A stretch of 64,000 nt of DNA, taken from positions 47,592 through 111,591 of the forward strand of contig CAYWNT010000003.1 in NCBI GenBank assembly GCA_964459725.1. Direction: 5' to 3'. Each line of letters begins with the position of its first letter. The first letter of the stretch is position 1. Under the pieces are notes generated by a model. The model was not told where the DNA came from, made no database searches, and saw only the letters and a list, made by a program, of their open reading frames with translations. Both the position numbers and the translations under genes were made by a program. The stretch comes from an uncultured Gammaproteobacteria bacterium. GTDB lineage: Bacteria > Patescibacteriota > Patescibacteriia > Patescibacteriales > UBA12075. Below, one piece after another: positions 29,050-38,887 of the stretch.

Positions 29050-29132
29050 TGCCCATCTCCCTTTGCTAAAGTTGTTTTTTCAAAGAACTTGTAAATATCT
29101 ATTCAAAAACCCGCCAGAAGGCGGGTATTTTT

Positions 29133-30065
29133 TTACGCTATTGCTCTGTCTACTGAATTGATTCTATCCTCTATGTCCCTGCATCCTTTCTCGCGAGGAA
29201 TAAACTTCTTTATTCCATTTTGCACCAAGAATCTGAATTTCGGCCTCTTTCCGATGAGTTCGAGGTACTTAGTCTTACTTACATAGTCCTGAAATCCGTA
29301 CAACACAGCTATTAAAAATCCATGCCTGCCGTCTAGAAATCCCAGTCTTAGTATATACATATACGCAAATCTAAAAAAGGCTACAAATGGCAAGAAAAAC
29401 CAAAAATCCTTTATAACTGATTTAGCGTAAATATAATGAGTAAATAATTTCTTCCACTCTATTTGATTTCTCTTTCCTGCCATTTTCAAAATGTAGTTAG
29501 CTTGATATGTTGAGTATCTGTTAAATTTTTCCAGAAAATGATCCAGACTAGGATCGCTAAAATGAAGTATATCGTGTTTTAAATTTTTTGTCTTTTCTTT
29601 GGCAAGAATAATATGAGCGTGCACATCTCGGTCTTCGTACTTGCAGTGTCTCTTGAACAATCTAATATTATAAAGCGGGTATCTCCCTCCCCATCGCAAC
29701 CAATGACCTAGGAAATAATGCCTTCGCGCAATCCCAAATCCGTCATATTTTTCTGCATCTCCAGAATCAAGCAAAGCCAAAATCTCATCACGAAGCTCTG
29801 GAGTTACTTCTTCGTCGCTGTCTAAAAGTAAAATCCATTCATTTTCTGCCTGAGGGATGGCCCAGTTCTTCTGTTTTGCACTATAAACATACTCGTGTTG
29901 CACTACCCGAGCACCTAGCTCTTTGGCGATCTCCACGGTTGAATCGGTGCTAAATGAATCAACAACAAAAATCTCATCAGCCCAAGAAGCTGACTTTATA
30001 CATCCCTCCAATGTATCCTCGACATTAAAAGTCGGGATTATAACTGTTACTTTTTTTCTAGACAT
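29133..30065 (-). CDS. glycosyltransferase family 2
   Basis: 310 aa; VTVIIPTFNVEDTLEGCI ... VVDSFSTDSTVEIA and a DxD-type motif (LLDSDEE). Confidence 0.85.
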   Translation of the reverse strand: MSRKKVTVIIPTFNVEDTLEGCIKSASWADEIFVVDSFSTDSTVEIAKELGARVVQHEYVYSAKQKNWAIPQAENEWILLLDSDEEVTPELRDEILALLDSGDAEKYDGFGIARRHYFLGHWLRWGGRYPLYNIRLFKRHCKYEDRDVHAHIILAKEKTKNLKHDILHFSDPSLDHFLEKFNRYSTYQANYILKMAGKRNQIEWKKLFTHYIYAKSVIKDFWFFLPFVAFFRFAYMYILRLGFLDGRHGFLIAVLYGFQDYVSKTKYLELIGKRPKFRFLVQNGIKKFIPREKGCRDIEDRINSVDRAIA

Positions 30066-30177
30066 AGAATTTACCTAGATTGTAGACAATCTAATATTTT
30101 AAACAATACTATATTTAGATGAAAATTAAATTAAGTTTATATAAAAAATAACTCAACACTTTCAACTAATAGCACAA

Positions 30178-31005
30178 TTAATTAAACAAATTATTCATAT
30201 TTCCATCATAACCTGATCTCTCCATTACATTATTGTTATAGCCCTGATTATGTTCGAATTTATTCTGGTTTTGAGCCTCATAAACACTCCCACCTCTATC
30301 GCCCGCATTATCACCACCATAATCATTTCTATCGCCACCTTGAGGAGTATCATTATCATTTATGCTTTTTTCCTTTTTTCGGCTAGTCCAAAATCTCAAC
30401 TCCCTATCAGGAAATAAATAGACATACCAAGCACCAACTATCAAACCGGCAATAATAGCCGCTACAAAATTCATTGGAATATTTGGCTTAACTGGATATT
30501 TGGAAGTGGTAGTTCTGTCAACCATCTTTACTATCAGCTTATCTTCTAGACCATGATATTCTTGGTGGTTGTTTTGAAGAGTAAGTGAAACCGCCTTACT
30601 GATTTGACCTGCCTGAACCTTATCCTCGTGATATGTATAAATAGTCAATATACCTGTATCCCCTGTTCGAGCGTTTACAATTCCTTCCCACTGCTTCTTT
30701 CTCTGGCTCGGATCATTTGAAAAATAATCTTTATTAATATTAAATCCAGATCTCAAAACATGATCAAAAAAACTATCAGTATGCACAATGGACGAAAACA
30801 AGCTGGTCAACATCTGATTTGATCTTGAAATATTATACGCGTCCATCTTGGTGTTGTTTTGTATGATTAGTAGCTTGGTAGAGGCTCTATATTTAAGAGG
30901 TTGAAGTAGTGTAACTATCATTACAAATAAAACCACGACAAAACAAACCAAAAAAATGGTCTGTTTTCTTCTTCCTATTAAATTGAAATAATTATCTACT
31001 TCCAT
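30178..31005 (-). CDS. possible polysaccharide chain-length-determinant (Wzz/PCP-like) membrane protein with Gly/Asn/Asp-rich C-terminal tail
   Basis: 275 aa; N-terminal and C-terminal TM segments flank a ~140-aa loop, the PCP topology; sits in the polysaccharide cluster. Weak. Confidence 0.35.
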   Translation of the reverse strand: MEVDNYFNLIGRRKQTIFLVCFVVVLFVMIVTLLQPLKYRASTKLLIIQNNTKMDAYNISRSNQMLTSLFSSIVHTDSFFDHVLRSGFNINKDYFSNDPSQRKKQWEGIVNARTGDTGILTIYTYHEDKVQAGQISKAVSLTLQNNHQEYHGLEDKLIVKMVDRTTTSKYPVKPNIPMNFVAAIIAGLIVGAWYVYLFPDRELRFWTSRKKEKSINDNDTPQGGDRNDYGGDNAGDRGGSVYEAQNQNKFEHNQGYNNNVMERSGYDGNMNNLFN

Positions 31006-31113
31006 ATTGTTAATTACCTACCTTAGCACAATAAATATAACATGTCAAGTCTTATTTTTGCTTAATATAAGGAAAAAACAATAAAGACAAATTATGAATA
31101 ATTTACATAAAAT

Positions 31114-32817
31114 CTATGAATTTTGCCTAGCTCTACCGGATTTTCTAAATCCGCCTCTTTTTTTCCTAAATCCTCTGCCACGTCCACCTCTTTTTCTTCC
31201 GCCACCTTGATAGCTAGTCACTTGGTTGCTCTTGCTGATTTCAATTCTTTTCCCTCTAAAATTGGTGCCCTTAAGACGTTTTATTACTTCATCTGCCTTA
31301 TTTTTATCAACTGAAAATATAGAATACTCTCCTGTCAGACTTATCTTCCCTACATCAATGCCTTTTAATTTACTAGAATTAATCAAGGCAAATACTCCCT
31401 TGACATCCATCCCTTGTTTTTTACCAAGGTTAATTTTTAGCCCTTGCATTTTTTCATCATCCCTTCTTTCGCCACCAGCTCTTGTCTTGACTACAGCATT
31501 CAAGTCACGAGCATTTTTGTAACCGCTCATGAGATGACTAAATTTATTTGAGATAAACAGCTTTATCAAATCTTCTTTTTTTATTTTTTTCAACCTCTCA
31601 ATGAAATCATCAAAGTTCTGCTCATCCCCAATCTTCTCGACATCCATGCCCTCTATCTCTTCGATAAAATTGTTTATTTGTATTTGGCTAACATCTTTCC
31701 CGGTTGGGATTTTTTTAAGCTCAAATTCTTTGCCAATGATTTTTTCCAGTCTCTTGATCGCCACAGCTTCTCTCGGCGTAACAATAGTAATAGCTACTCC
31801 ACTCTTGTCTGCTCTTCCGGTTCTTCCACTTCTATGAGTGTAAGCCTCATTCTGGTCTGGTAGATTATAATTAATAACATGAGTCAGGTCGCTCACATCT
31901 ATTCCTCTGGCCGCCACATCTGTCGCCACCAAGAGGCGGATTTGTTTCCTTTTGAACCTATCCATTATTTTCGTTCTCATAGCTTGAGAAATATCACCGT
32001 GAATTGCATCTGTACTATAGTTAGCTTGCTTTAGCTTATCTGCTACTACTTGAGTCTCATTTTTGGTTCGACAAAAAAGAATACCATAAACCCCAGGCAA
32101 CGAATCTATAATTCTCTGGAGCGCCTCAAAACGGTCCCTTGCTCCAGCTACGTAATATTCATGAGTTACCTTGTCCGCTCCAATATTCTTCTCTCCTGCG
32201 CTTATCTCCTTGATATCATCCATGTATTTCCTGGCAATTGAATAAACACTCTTGGACATTGTAGCTGAGAAAAGCAGAGTCTGCTTTGTCTCTGGAACTT
32301 GCTCTAAAACTGCATCTAGATCCTCCTTAAAGCCCATGTCTAGCATCTCATCAGCCTCGTCCAAAACCAACCACTTAACTGATCCTAGATTCAGAACCTT
32401 TCTTCTGATAAGATCATGGACACGACCGGGGGTTCCTACGACGATATTTACCCCTCTTTTTAATGTTCGGATTTGAAAATCAATTCTTTCTCCACCATAA
32501 ACAGAGGCGACTTTCACGCCTTTTGAATGTTTTGCAAATTTTCTGATGTCATCTGAGATTTGAAGACAGAGTTCTCTAGTCGGACAAACCACAATTGAGA
32601 GCAATTTTTTCTCACCTTTTTTTAATTGATTTAAAATAGGCAAACTAAAAGCTGCCGTCTTTCCTGTGCCGGTTTGTGCCAGAGCAATCAAATCTTGCTT
32701 GGACTTTAATATAAAAGGAATAGATTTTTCCTGAATTGGAGAGGGCTTTTCAAACCCTAAATCCTCAAGGCTTTTCATTATTTCAGAATTTAGCCCGAGT
32801 TCTTTAAATGTTGTCAT
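31114..32817 (-). CDS. DEAD-box ATP-dependent RNA helicase with DbpA-like RNA-binding domain and RGG/Arg-rich tail
   Basis: 567 aa; motifs AQTGTGKT, DEAD (VLDEADEM), SAT, HRSGRTGR; C-terminal GGGRKRGGRGRGFRKKRGGFRK. Confidence 0.9.
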   Translation of the reverse strand: MTTFKELGLNSEIMKSLEDLGFEKPSPIQEKSIPFILKSKQDLIALAQTGTGKTAAFSLPILNQLKKGEKKLLSIVVCPTRELCLQISDDIRKFAKHSKGVKVASVYGGERIDFQIRTLKRGVNIVVGTPGRVHDLIRRKVLNLGSVKWLVLDEADEMLDMGFKEDLDAVLEQVPETKQTLLFSATMSKSVYSIARKYMDDIKEISAGEKNIGADKVTHEYYVAGARDRFEALQRIIDSLPGVYGILFCRTKNETQVVADKLKQANYSTDAIHGDISQAMRTKIMDRFKRKQIRLLVATDVAARGIDVSDLTHVINYNLPDQNEAYTHRSGRTGRADKSGVAITIVTPREAVAIKRLEKIIGKEFELKKIPTGKDVSQIQINNFIEEIEGMDVEKIGDEQNFDDFIERLKKIKKEDLIKLFISNKFSHLMSGYKNARDLNAVVKTRAGGERRDDEKMQGLKINLGKKQGMDVKGVFALINSSKLKGIDVGKISLTGEYSIFSVDKNKADEVIKRLKGTNFRGKRIEISKSNQVTSYQGGGRKRGGRGRGFRKKRGGFRKSGRARQNS

Positions 32818-33078
32818 AATTTAACGTTATATTTGTTCCCAAACTCTTTAAAGCCATCGAATTAATTCTTTTAAAAAGAATTCACCAAAAATTGGATTAT
32901 AATAATACAACAATTATGACAGCCTCCTTAAGAGTACAAATAAATTTATATTTAATTTTTTGTAAGAATAATAACAATAATCGCATATTTTTTAAAATTT
33001 GTCAAGGATTAAGAAAAAAATAAGTTCAATAAACAAGAATAAACCCGAGACACTTATTGTTCTCGGGTTTATAAAAAA

Positions 33079-35466
33079 CTACGCTTTCATATTTATAATC
33101 GGCAATAAATCTGCTAGCACCCCCTTTAATTCATCCATGCTATACGGCTTTGCCAAGCCTGCATCAAATCCTGCTGGAACATTATCAGAATAACCACTTG
33201 AAACAATAGCTATTAAGTCTGGATTTTTCTGGCGAAGAAACCTCAAAGTCTCTTCACCTCCCATTCCTCCGGGGATAGTAAGGTCCAAGATTATTAAATC
33301 AAATGGGGCTTCTGAATTTTGCGCCATGCAATATTCATCAACAGCCTCATCTCCGTTAACAGTAGCTACAACCTGATGCCCTAAGCTTTCAAGCATTCTC
33401 GGCAGTAGTTCAAAAACTCCTAAATCATCATCCATTATAAGAATTTTCAAACCACTAATATTTTTTTCTTTTCCTTTTATCTCCGTTTTTTTAATGACCG
33501 GGCTCTTAACGGCAGGAAGAAAAATATGAAAAGTTGTCCCCCTTCCTTGCTCAGACTCAACTATAATGTCGCCATCATGATTTTTGACAATACTATATGA
33601 CACTGCGAGTCCCAATCCTTTACCAGCCCCCAACTTATCACTCTTGGTTGTAAAATATGGATCAAATATCCTTTTTAAATACTTTTCAGGAATGCCGATT
33701 CCAGTATCAGCCACCGAAATATGAACAAAGGGATCATTTTCTTTCTCTTCGTTCTTTGCTGTAATTTTAATTAAACCTCCTCCTGGCATAGAATGACTTC
33801 CATTTATCACTAAATTTTGAATTACTTGAGAAATTTGTCCTTGATCCATTACCACACACCACAAATCATCTGGTAGCTCAAATTCACATTTTGACATTGT
33901 GCTCTTACCCAGGGAAAATTCTGCTGATTCTTTAATAACTCTAGAAATAGGAGCAACCATCTTTGGAGACTTTCCGCCCTTTGCAAAAACCATGAGTTGA
34001 TTTGTAAGACCAACAGCTATTTTCCCAGCCTTTATAATATTGTCAAGTAATTGCTCCTGGTCTTCGTATTTTTCCTCTCTTGCCAAAGAAGCAGTCCCCA
34101 TAATAACTTGAAGTAAATTATTGAAATCATGAGCTATTCCACCTGCTAACACACTTAGTGACTCAAGTCTTTGAATTTTATTTTGCTCCTCTTCCACCAT
34201 TTTTATCGCAGTAATATCCTGAACGGTTCCAATAGAAAATATTGGCTCATCATTCTCATAGTGAGTTTCGCAAAACTCTCTAACATATTTTACCCTACCA
34301 CCATTCAACAATATTCGATGAACAATTTCGTATGGTGTTTTATTCCGAAGCGATTCTTCGTATGCATTTTTTACCATGAGAGTATCATCAGGATGCACGA
34401 CATCTAAAAATGATTCGTAAGTTGGAGCAAGGTCACCTTGATCGATCTCAAAAATTCTAAAAATCTCATCTGACCAAGCTAACTCATTTGATCGTAAATC
34501 AAAGCGCCAATTTCCAATATGTGCGAGTCTTTCAGTGTCTTGGAGTTGTTTTTCTTTTGCCTTGAGTATATTTTCATATTTCTTTTGCTCTGTTATGTCT
34601 GAGTGTTCTCCCACTAATCCTATAATTTTACCTTTTTTATTTTTAATTGCTGAAGCTTTCAAGTACACATCAAAAATCTGTCCTTTCTTGTTAATCATTT
34701 TTACTTCGCCATTCCAAGTGCCTCCCTTCATAATAGTATCAACAACATTAAAACTTCCACCATTATCAGAACGATAAATGTGATATCCGTTTACTGGCGC
34801 CATTACACCTGCCCAATATAAATCTGGAGAACCATATCTTTCAGTTTCTGGCATCTCTTCTAAAATTGGAGTAGGAGGTGGGTTATTACTTGGCGGTTCA
34901 GGTGGATAAAACATTGTATTACTTATATCCCAACTCTCATAGTCATCATCGTCCCGCTCAATTTCACCTGTTTCGAGATCGATGTACCTTTGTGCATTCC
35001 ATTTAATTTCAAATTCTTCACCTGCACATTCTGGTTCTACCCTAATCCAGTAAGTAATAAAAACTGTATCACCATCTCTAATTGTGGGAAGATATTCTTC
35101 ATCCTGATAGTTGCAATCACCATAAGTTGTATTTCCATTGCTTTCAAACCAGTCAACACAATCACATGCTTGCTCAAACTTTGTTTCCCAATCAAGATGT
35201 CTCATATCATCATCAGCATTAAAACCAATTAATAATCTCACTCTATGACCTGGAACCATGCCCTCACCGGGATCAAGTTGACCATTGCAATTTCCTACAT
35301 ACTCATCATAACAATCATCAATTTCCCAATCATGGGCAATATCTAACCGTCCATCAGAAAATGCTTGTCCTACAAAACAAAAACTAACCATAACCGCTAC
35401 AACAAAAAGCATAATCCATCTTTTCATGACAAATCTCCAGTTTGTTATTTGTATTTTCAAATACAA
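33079..35466 (-). CDS. hybrid sensor histidine kinase (secreted N-terminal domain, PAS, HisKA, HATPase, C-terminal receiver)
   Basis: 795 aa; H-box IAHDFNNLLQVI, G-box ADTGIGIPE, REC domain ILIMDDD...DLIILDLTIPGGMGG; signal peptide but no obvious second TM. Confidence 0.85.
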   Translation of the reverse strand: MYLKIQITNWRFVMKRWIMLFVVAVMVSFCFVGQAFSDGRLDIAHDWEIDDCYDEYVGNCNGQLDPGEGMVPGHRVRLLIGFNADDDMRHLDWETKFEQACDCVDWFESNGNTTYGDCNYQDEEYLPTIRDGDTVFITYWIRVEPECAGEEFEIKWNAQRYIDLETGEIERDDDDYESWDISNTMFYPPEPPSNNPPPTPILEEMPETERYGSPDLYWAGVMAPVNGYHIYRSDNGGSFNVVDTIMKGGTWNGEVKMINKKGQIFDVYLKASAIKNKKGKIIGLVGEHSDITEQKKYENILKAKEKQLQDTERLAHIGNWRFDLRSNELAWSDEIFRIFEIDQGDLAPTYESFLDVVHPDDTLMVKNAYEESLRNKTPYEIVHRILLNGGRVKYVREFCETHYENDEPIFSIGTVQDITAIKMVEEEQNKIQRLESLSVLAGGIAHDFNNLLQVIMGTASLAREEKYEDQEQLLDNIIKAGKIAVGLTNQLMVFAKGGKSPKMVAPISRVIKESAEFSLGKSTMSKCEFELPDDLWCVVMDQGQISQVIQNLVINGSHSMPGGGLIKITAKNEEKENDPFVHISVADTGIGIPEKYLKRIFDPYFTTKSDKLGAGKGLGLAVSYSIVKNHDGDIIVESEQGRGTTFHIFLPAVKSPVIKKTEIKGKEKNISGLKILIMDDDLGVFELLPRMLESLGHQVVATVNGDEAVDEYCMAQNSEAPFDLIILDLTIPGGMGGEETLRFLRQKNPDLIAIVSSGYSDNVPAGFDAGLAKPYSMDELKGVLADLLPIINMKA

Positions 35467-35763
35467 AGATTTAACACCTAAGAAGATACACCTCGAGAAT
35501 TACTTTTATCATACTTTTTCTCCTTGTCCTAAATTATATCTGTTATTTAATTGTCAAAGTTCGTATATACAAAAAAACCTTCTCGCGTGAGAAGGCCTTT
35601 TTAATCATTTTTACAGAAAAAATTTACTTTTTTTTGAAAAACGACAAAAGGCCTTCCCATGGAAGTCCTGTGGTGACTGTATTTTTCTTTTTACAAATTC
35701 TTAACATATTTCTTAATTTTTTATAACATAGCACTCTTTAGTAAAACTGTCAAGTATATTTCC

Positions 35764-35792
35764 TTGACTTTCCATAAAATTCATAGTATAAA
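35764..35792 (+). promoter_or_regulatory. sigma-70-like promoter upstream of typA
   Basis: TTGACT (35764-35769), 17 nt spacer, TATAAA (35787-35792). Confidence 0.4.
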
Positions 35793-35871
35793 TAAATATA
35801 CAAACTAAATCTAATTCAAATCTATTTTTCCGCTTTTTAAGAAAGCGGATTTAATTTTTTTCTAAATTTTT

Positions 35872-37662
35872 ATGGAAATAAGAAATATTGCGATTATCGC
35901 TCACGTTGATCACGGAAAAACAACCCTTACTGATGCATTGATGCAGCAAACAGGAATGTCTAAGACGGGAGACAGCATGGATAGCGATACACTCGAACAA
36001 GAAAGAGGTATAACAATTTATTCAAAAAATACTTCTGTATATTACAAAGATACAAAGATAAATATTGTAGACACACCAGGTCATGCCGACTTCGGCTCAG
36101 AAGTTGAGCGTGTTTTGCGTTCTATTGATTCTGTACTCCTGGTGGTAGACGCTCAGGAAGGTCCGATGCCTCAGACAAAATTTGTATTAAAAAAGTCTCT
36201 TGACTTGGGACTAAAACCGATAGTAGTAATTAACAAGATCGACAAACCAGCAGCCAGACCAGACGTTGTACAAGAAATGGTTTATGAACTTTTCCTAGAC
36301 CTGGGAGCAAATGATGAACAGCTTGATTTTGAGACCATTTATGCTATTGCCAGAGACGGTATAGCCAAACTTGAGATGGAAGATGATTCGAAGGACCTAT
36401 CACCTCTTCTCGATGTGGTACTAAGAGACGTCCCAGTTGCTTCAAAGGAGGGAGAAAGCGATAAGCCGCTTAGCGTTCAACCATTCAACCTAGGCTATGA
36501 CAATTTCCTGGGACGCCTAGCTATCAGCAGAATTTATGAAGGCACAATAAAGAAAGGATCAAGTGTTGTCATAAAAAACGCTGAAGGTGATACTAGAACC
36601 GGAAAAATAGCAAAACTTTTCACCTTTGAAGGATTAAACAGAAAAGAGGTAAACGAGGCACACGCTGGAGACATCATAATGACAGCGGGTCTTCCAAATA
36701 TCTACATCGGAGAAACAATCTGTGAAGACGAAAACCAAGAAGCCCTGCCAGCTATCAATATTGACGAACCGACCATTTCTTTGAATTTCCTAGTAAACAG
36801 CTCCCCTTTTGCAGGACGTGAAGGAAAATTTGTGACGAACAGTCAAATCAAGGAAAGACTTGAAAAAGAACTTGAGATCAACGTAGGTTTAAAAATCGAT
36901 TTTTCATCAACTGATCACTACAAAGTTTTCGGTAGAGGTGAAATGCATATCGCGATCCTACTTGAAAATATGCGTCGTGAAGGATATGAGCTTCAAATCT
37001 CTCAACCACATGTTATTATAAAAGAAGAGGACGGCCAAAAACTAGAACCATTTGAAGAAGTAACAATAACAGTACCTGAAGAAATGTCCGGAACTATCAT
37101 TGAAAAACTTTCTAAACGAAAAGGAAACATGACTAATATGTCTCCTGAGCATGGCAACACAAAAATTATTTTTGAAATACCAACCAGGGGCTTACTTGGA
37201 TACAGAAATGAATTTGTAGTAGACACCAAAGGAGAAGGTATTATCTATACCAGGGTGATAGGTTTCAAACCCTACGTTGGCGAAATTGAAAAACATGAAG
37301 TAGGATCAATGACCTCAATGGCCACTGGAAAAGCCCTCGGCTTCTCACTCTTCAACCTTCAAAACAGAGGGACTTTATACATCGGTGCCGGAACAGAAGT
37401 ATATGAAGGAATGGTTATTGGAAATGTAGCAAGTGGAGATGATCTAACCGTAAATCCAACAAAAGGAAAGCAACTAACCAATGTTCGAGCTTCAGGCTCT
37501 GATGAGGCGATCAATCTAACTCCACCCGTAAAACTCACACTTGAAAAAGGCATGAGTATAATGAGTGGAGATGAATATCTAGAAATAACCCCAAATAACA
37601 TTCGCCTTAGAAAACAATTCCTAACAGAAAGTGAAAGAGTCAGGGAAAGCAGAAAAAAATAA
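35872..37662 (+). CDS. typA: translational GTPase BipA/TypA
   Basis: 596 aa; G1 AHVDHGKTT, EF-G-like domain order without domain IV, BipA C-terminal domain. Confidence 0.9.
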   Translation: MEIRNIAIIAHVDHGKTTLTDALMQQTGMSKTGDSMDSDTLEQERGITIYSKNTSVYYKDTKINIVDTPGHADFGSEVERVLRSIDSVLLVVDAQEGPMPQTKFVLKKSLDLGLKPIVVINKIDKPAARPDVVQEMVYELFLDLGANDEQLDFETIYAIARDGIAKLEMEDDSKDLSPLLDVVLRDVPVASKEGESDKPLSVQPFNLGYDNFLGRLAISRIYEGTIKKGSSVVIKNAEGDTRTGKIAKLFTFEGLNRKEVNEAHAGDIIMTAGLPNIYIGETICEDENQEALPAINIDEPTISLNFLVNSSPFAGREGKFVTNSQIKERLEKELEINVGLKIDFSSTDHYKVFGRGEMHIAILLENMRREGYELQISQPHVIIKEEDGQKLEPFEEVTITVPEEMSGTIIEKLSKRKGNMTNMSPEHGNTKIIFEIPTRGLLGYRNEFVVDTKGEGIIYTRVIGFKPYVGEIEKHEVGSMTSMATGKALGFSLFNLQNRGTLYIGAGTEVYEGMVIGNVASGDDLTVNPTKGKQLTNVRASGSDEAINLTPPVKLTLEKGMSIMSGDEYLEITPNNIRLRKQFLTESERVRESRKK

Positions 37663-37684
37663 CCACTACCCCCCCTCCAAACAG

Positions 37685-37741
37685 AAAAAAACCATGTTGT
37701 AAAAATCCCGCGGCCGCGGGATTTTTACAACATGGTTTTTT
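37685..37741. terminator. long palindromic bidirectional terminator between convergent typA and the 37751 gene
   Basis: aaaaaaaccatgttgtaaaaatcccgcggccgcgggatttttacaacatggtttttt, ~24-bp perfect arms around gcggccgc. Confidence 0.7.
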
Positions 37742-37750
37742 GATTGTTTT

Positions 37751-38506
37751 TTAACTTGCTGCTTCCTCGAGCATGTTTAGATCTGTATTTGTGATTCCCA
37801 GTCCGAGCTCTCTCATTATCCTATAGGCCTCATCTCCGTTGGCCAGATAATGAACTGAGCCATCCTTTGGGTGGATATAAAAGGCTTCGCCATTTTCCTC
37901 TACTTGGAGAACTATTCTGCCCTTTAGTCTCTCTACGAGTCCCCAATCACCATTTTTTAGCTTTTCTAAATTGTTATTTGTAATACCAAGCCCGAATCCT
38001 CTCATTATATTGAACGCAGCAGAGCCATCTCTCATGTATGCTCTTTTCTCGCTAACCGGATCGATGTACCAGGCCTCACCATGAGACTCCACCTGCAGTA
38101 GAATGTACCCTCTAGTACGTTCTATCATTCTCTTCCTGTCTTCTTCGTTCACTCCCTTGTTCACTCCATAAGAAAAATGATCTCTTGATAATCTGTTATT
38201 GACTGTACTTTTTGATGTTTCATTCATGAGAGATGATCCTGACCAGCCGATAGCCCCGGTCTTGTCTCTCACCTTAAACCATCCATCAGTTTCTGCGATA
38301 ATTGATACCTCTTCTCCCTTTGGTAATACTTTTAAAATTTCTGAATTTTCCATGCAGGGTCTATTTCTCAAATAAAGACCCATGATTGGGTGTCCAGTAT
38401 TATTTCTCTCATAGATTGCATCAACCTCACACCCGCCCGCATTGGTATCTGAAGTGGGCAAAAGAGAGAAACTTAAAATCAAAAATAATAATGCAATTTT
38501 TTTCAT
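37751..38506 (-). CDS. secreted protein with bacterial SH3-like segment and two ~55-aa internal repeats
   Basis: 251 aa; signal peptide; GWFKVRDKTGAIGWSGSS; repeat GYILLQVESHGEAWYIDP...RDGSAAFNIMRGFGLGITNNNLEKL occurs twice. Confidence 0.55.
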   Translation of the reverse strand: MKKIALLFLILSFSLLPTSDTNAGGCEVDAIYERNNTGHPIMGLYLRNRPCMENSEILKVLPKGEEVSIIAETDGWFKVRDKTGAIGWSGSSLMNETSKSTVNNRLSRDHFSYGVNKGVNEEDRKRMIERTRGYILLQVESHGEAWYIDPVSEKRAYMRDGSAAFNIMRGFGLGITNNNLEKLKNGDWGLVERLKGRIVLQVEENGEAFYIHPKDGSVHYLANGDEAYRIMRELGLGITNTDLNMLEEAAS

Positions 38507-38614
38507 ATTTTTAAATTAATTATAATATTATAATACTATAAAAAAATTATTAAATAAAAATTAAAACACAACCTCTAAGCTACGGTTTTAAAAAAATATG
38601 CTACAATTAAACTT

Positions 38615-38887
38615 ATGAATGCTAGAGAATATAAAATATGGACTGTCTTTTGTAAATGCGGAGCCAGGCTGGTCAAATATCGCAAACGCGGACCAGGACG
38701 ACTGCGCAAGATTCATCGTGATCGAATCGCCAAAGACTACACAGGGCTATTCCTAGACAACACTTCAGAAGTAGGCACTGATGTCTTTTGCCCAGCCTGC
38801 AAAAAACGCCTAGCTACTATCCTAAAAGTCAACGGTAAATATGTAAACAAAGTAAACCAAGGACAACTCGGAATAATCAGAAAGTAG
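38615..38887 (+). CDS. small basic zinc-ribbon-like protein (hypothetical)
   Basis: 90 aa; CKCG...CPACKKR cysteine pairs; weak RBS. Confidence 0.35.
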   Translation: MNAREYKIWTVFCKCGARLVKYRKRGPGRLRKIHRDRIAKDYTGLFLDNTSEVGTDVFCPACKKRLATILKVNGKYVNKVNQGQLGIIRK

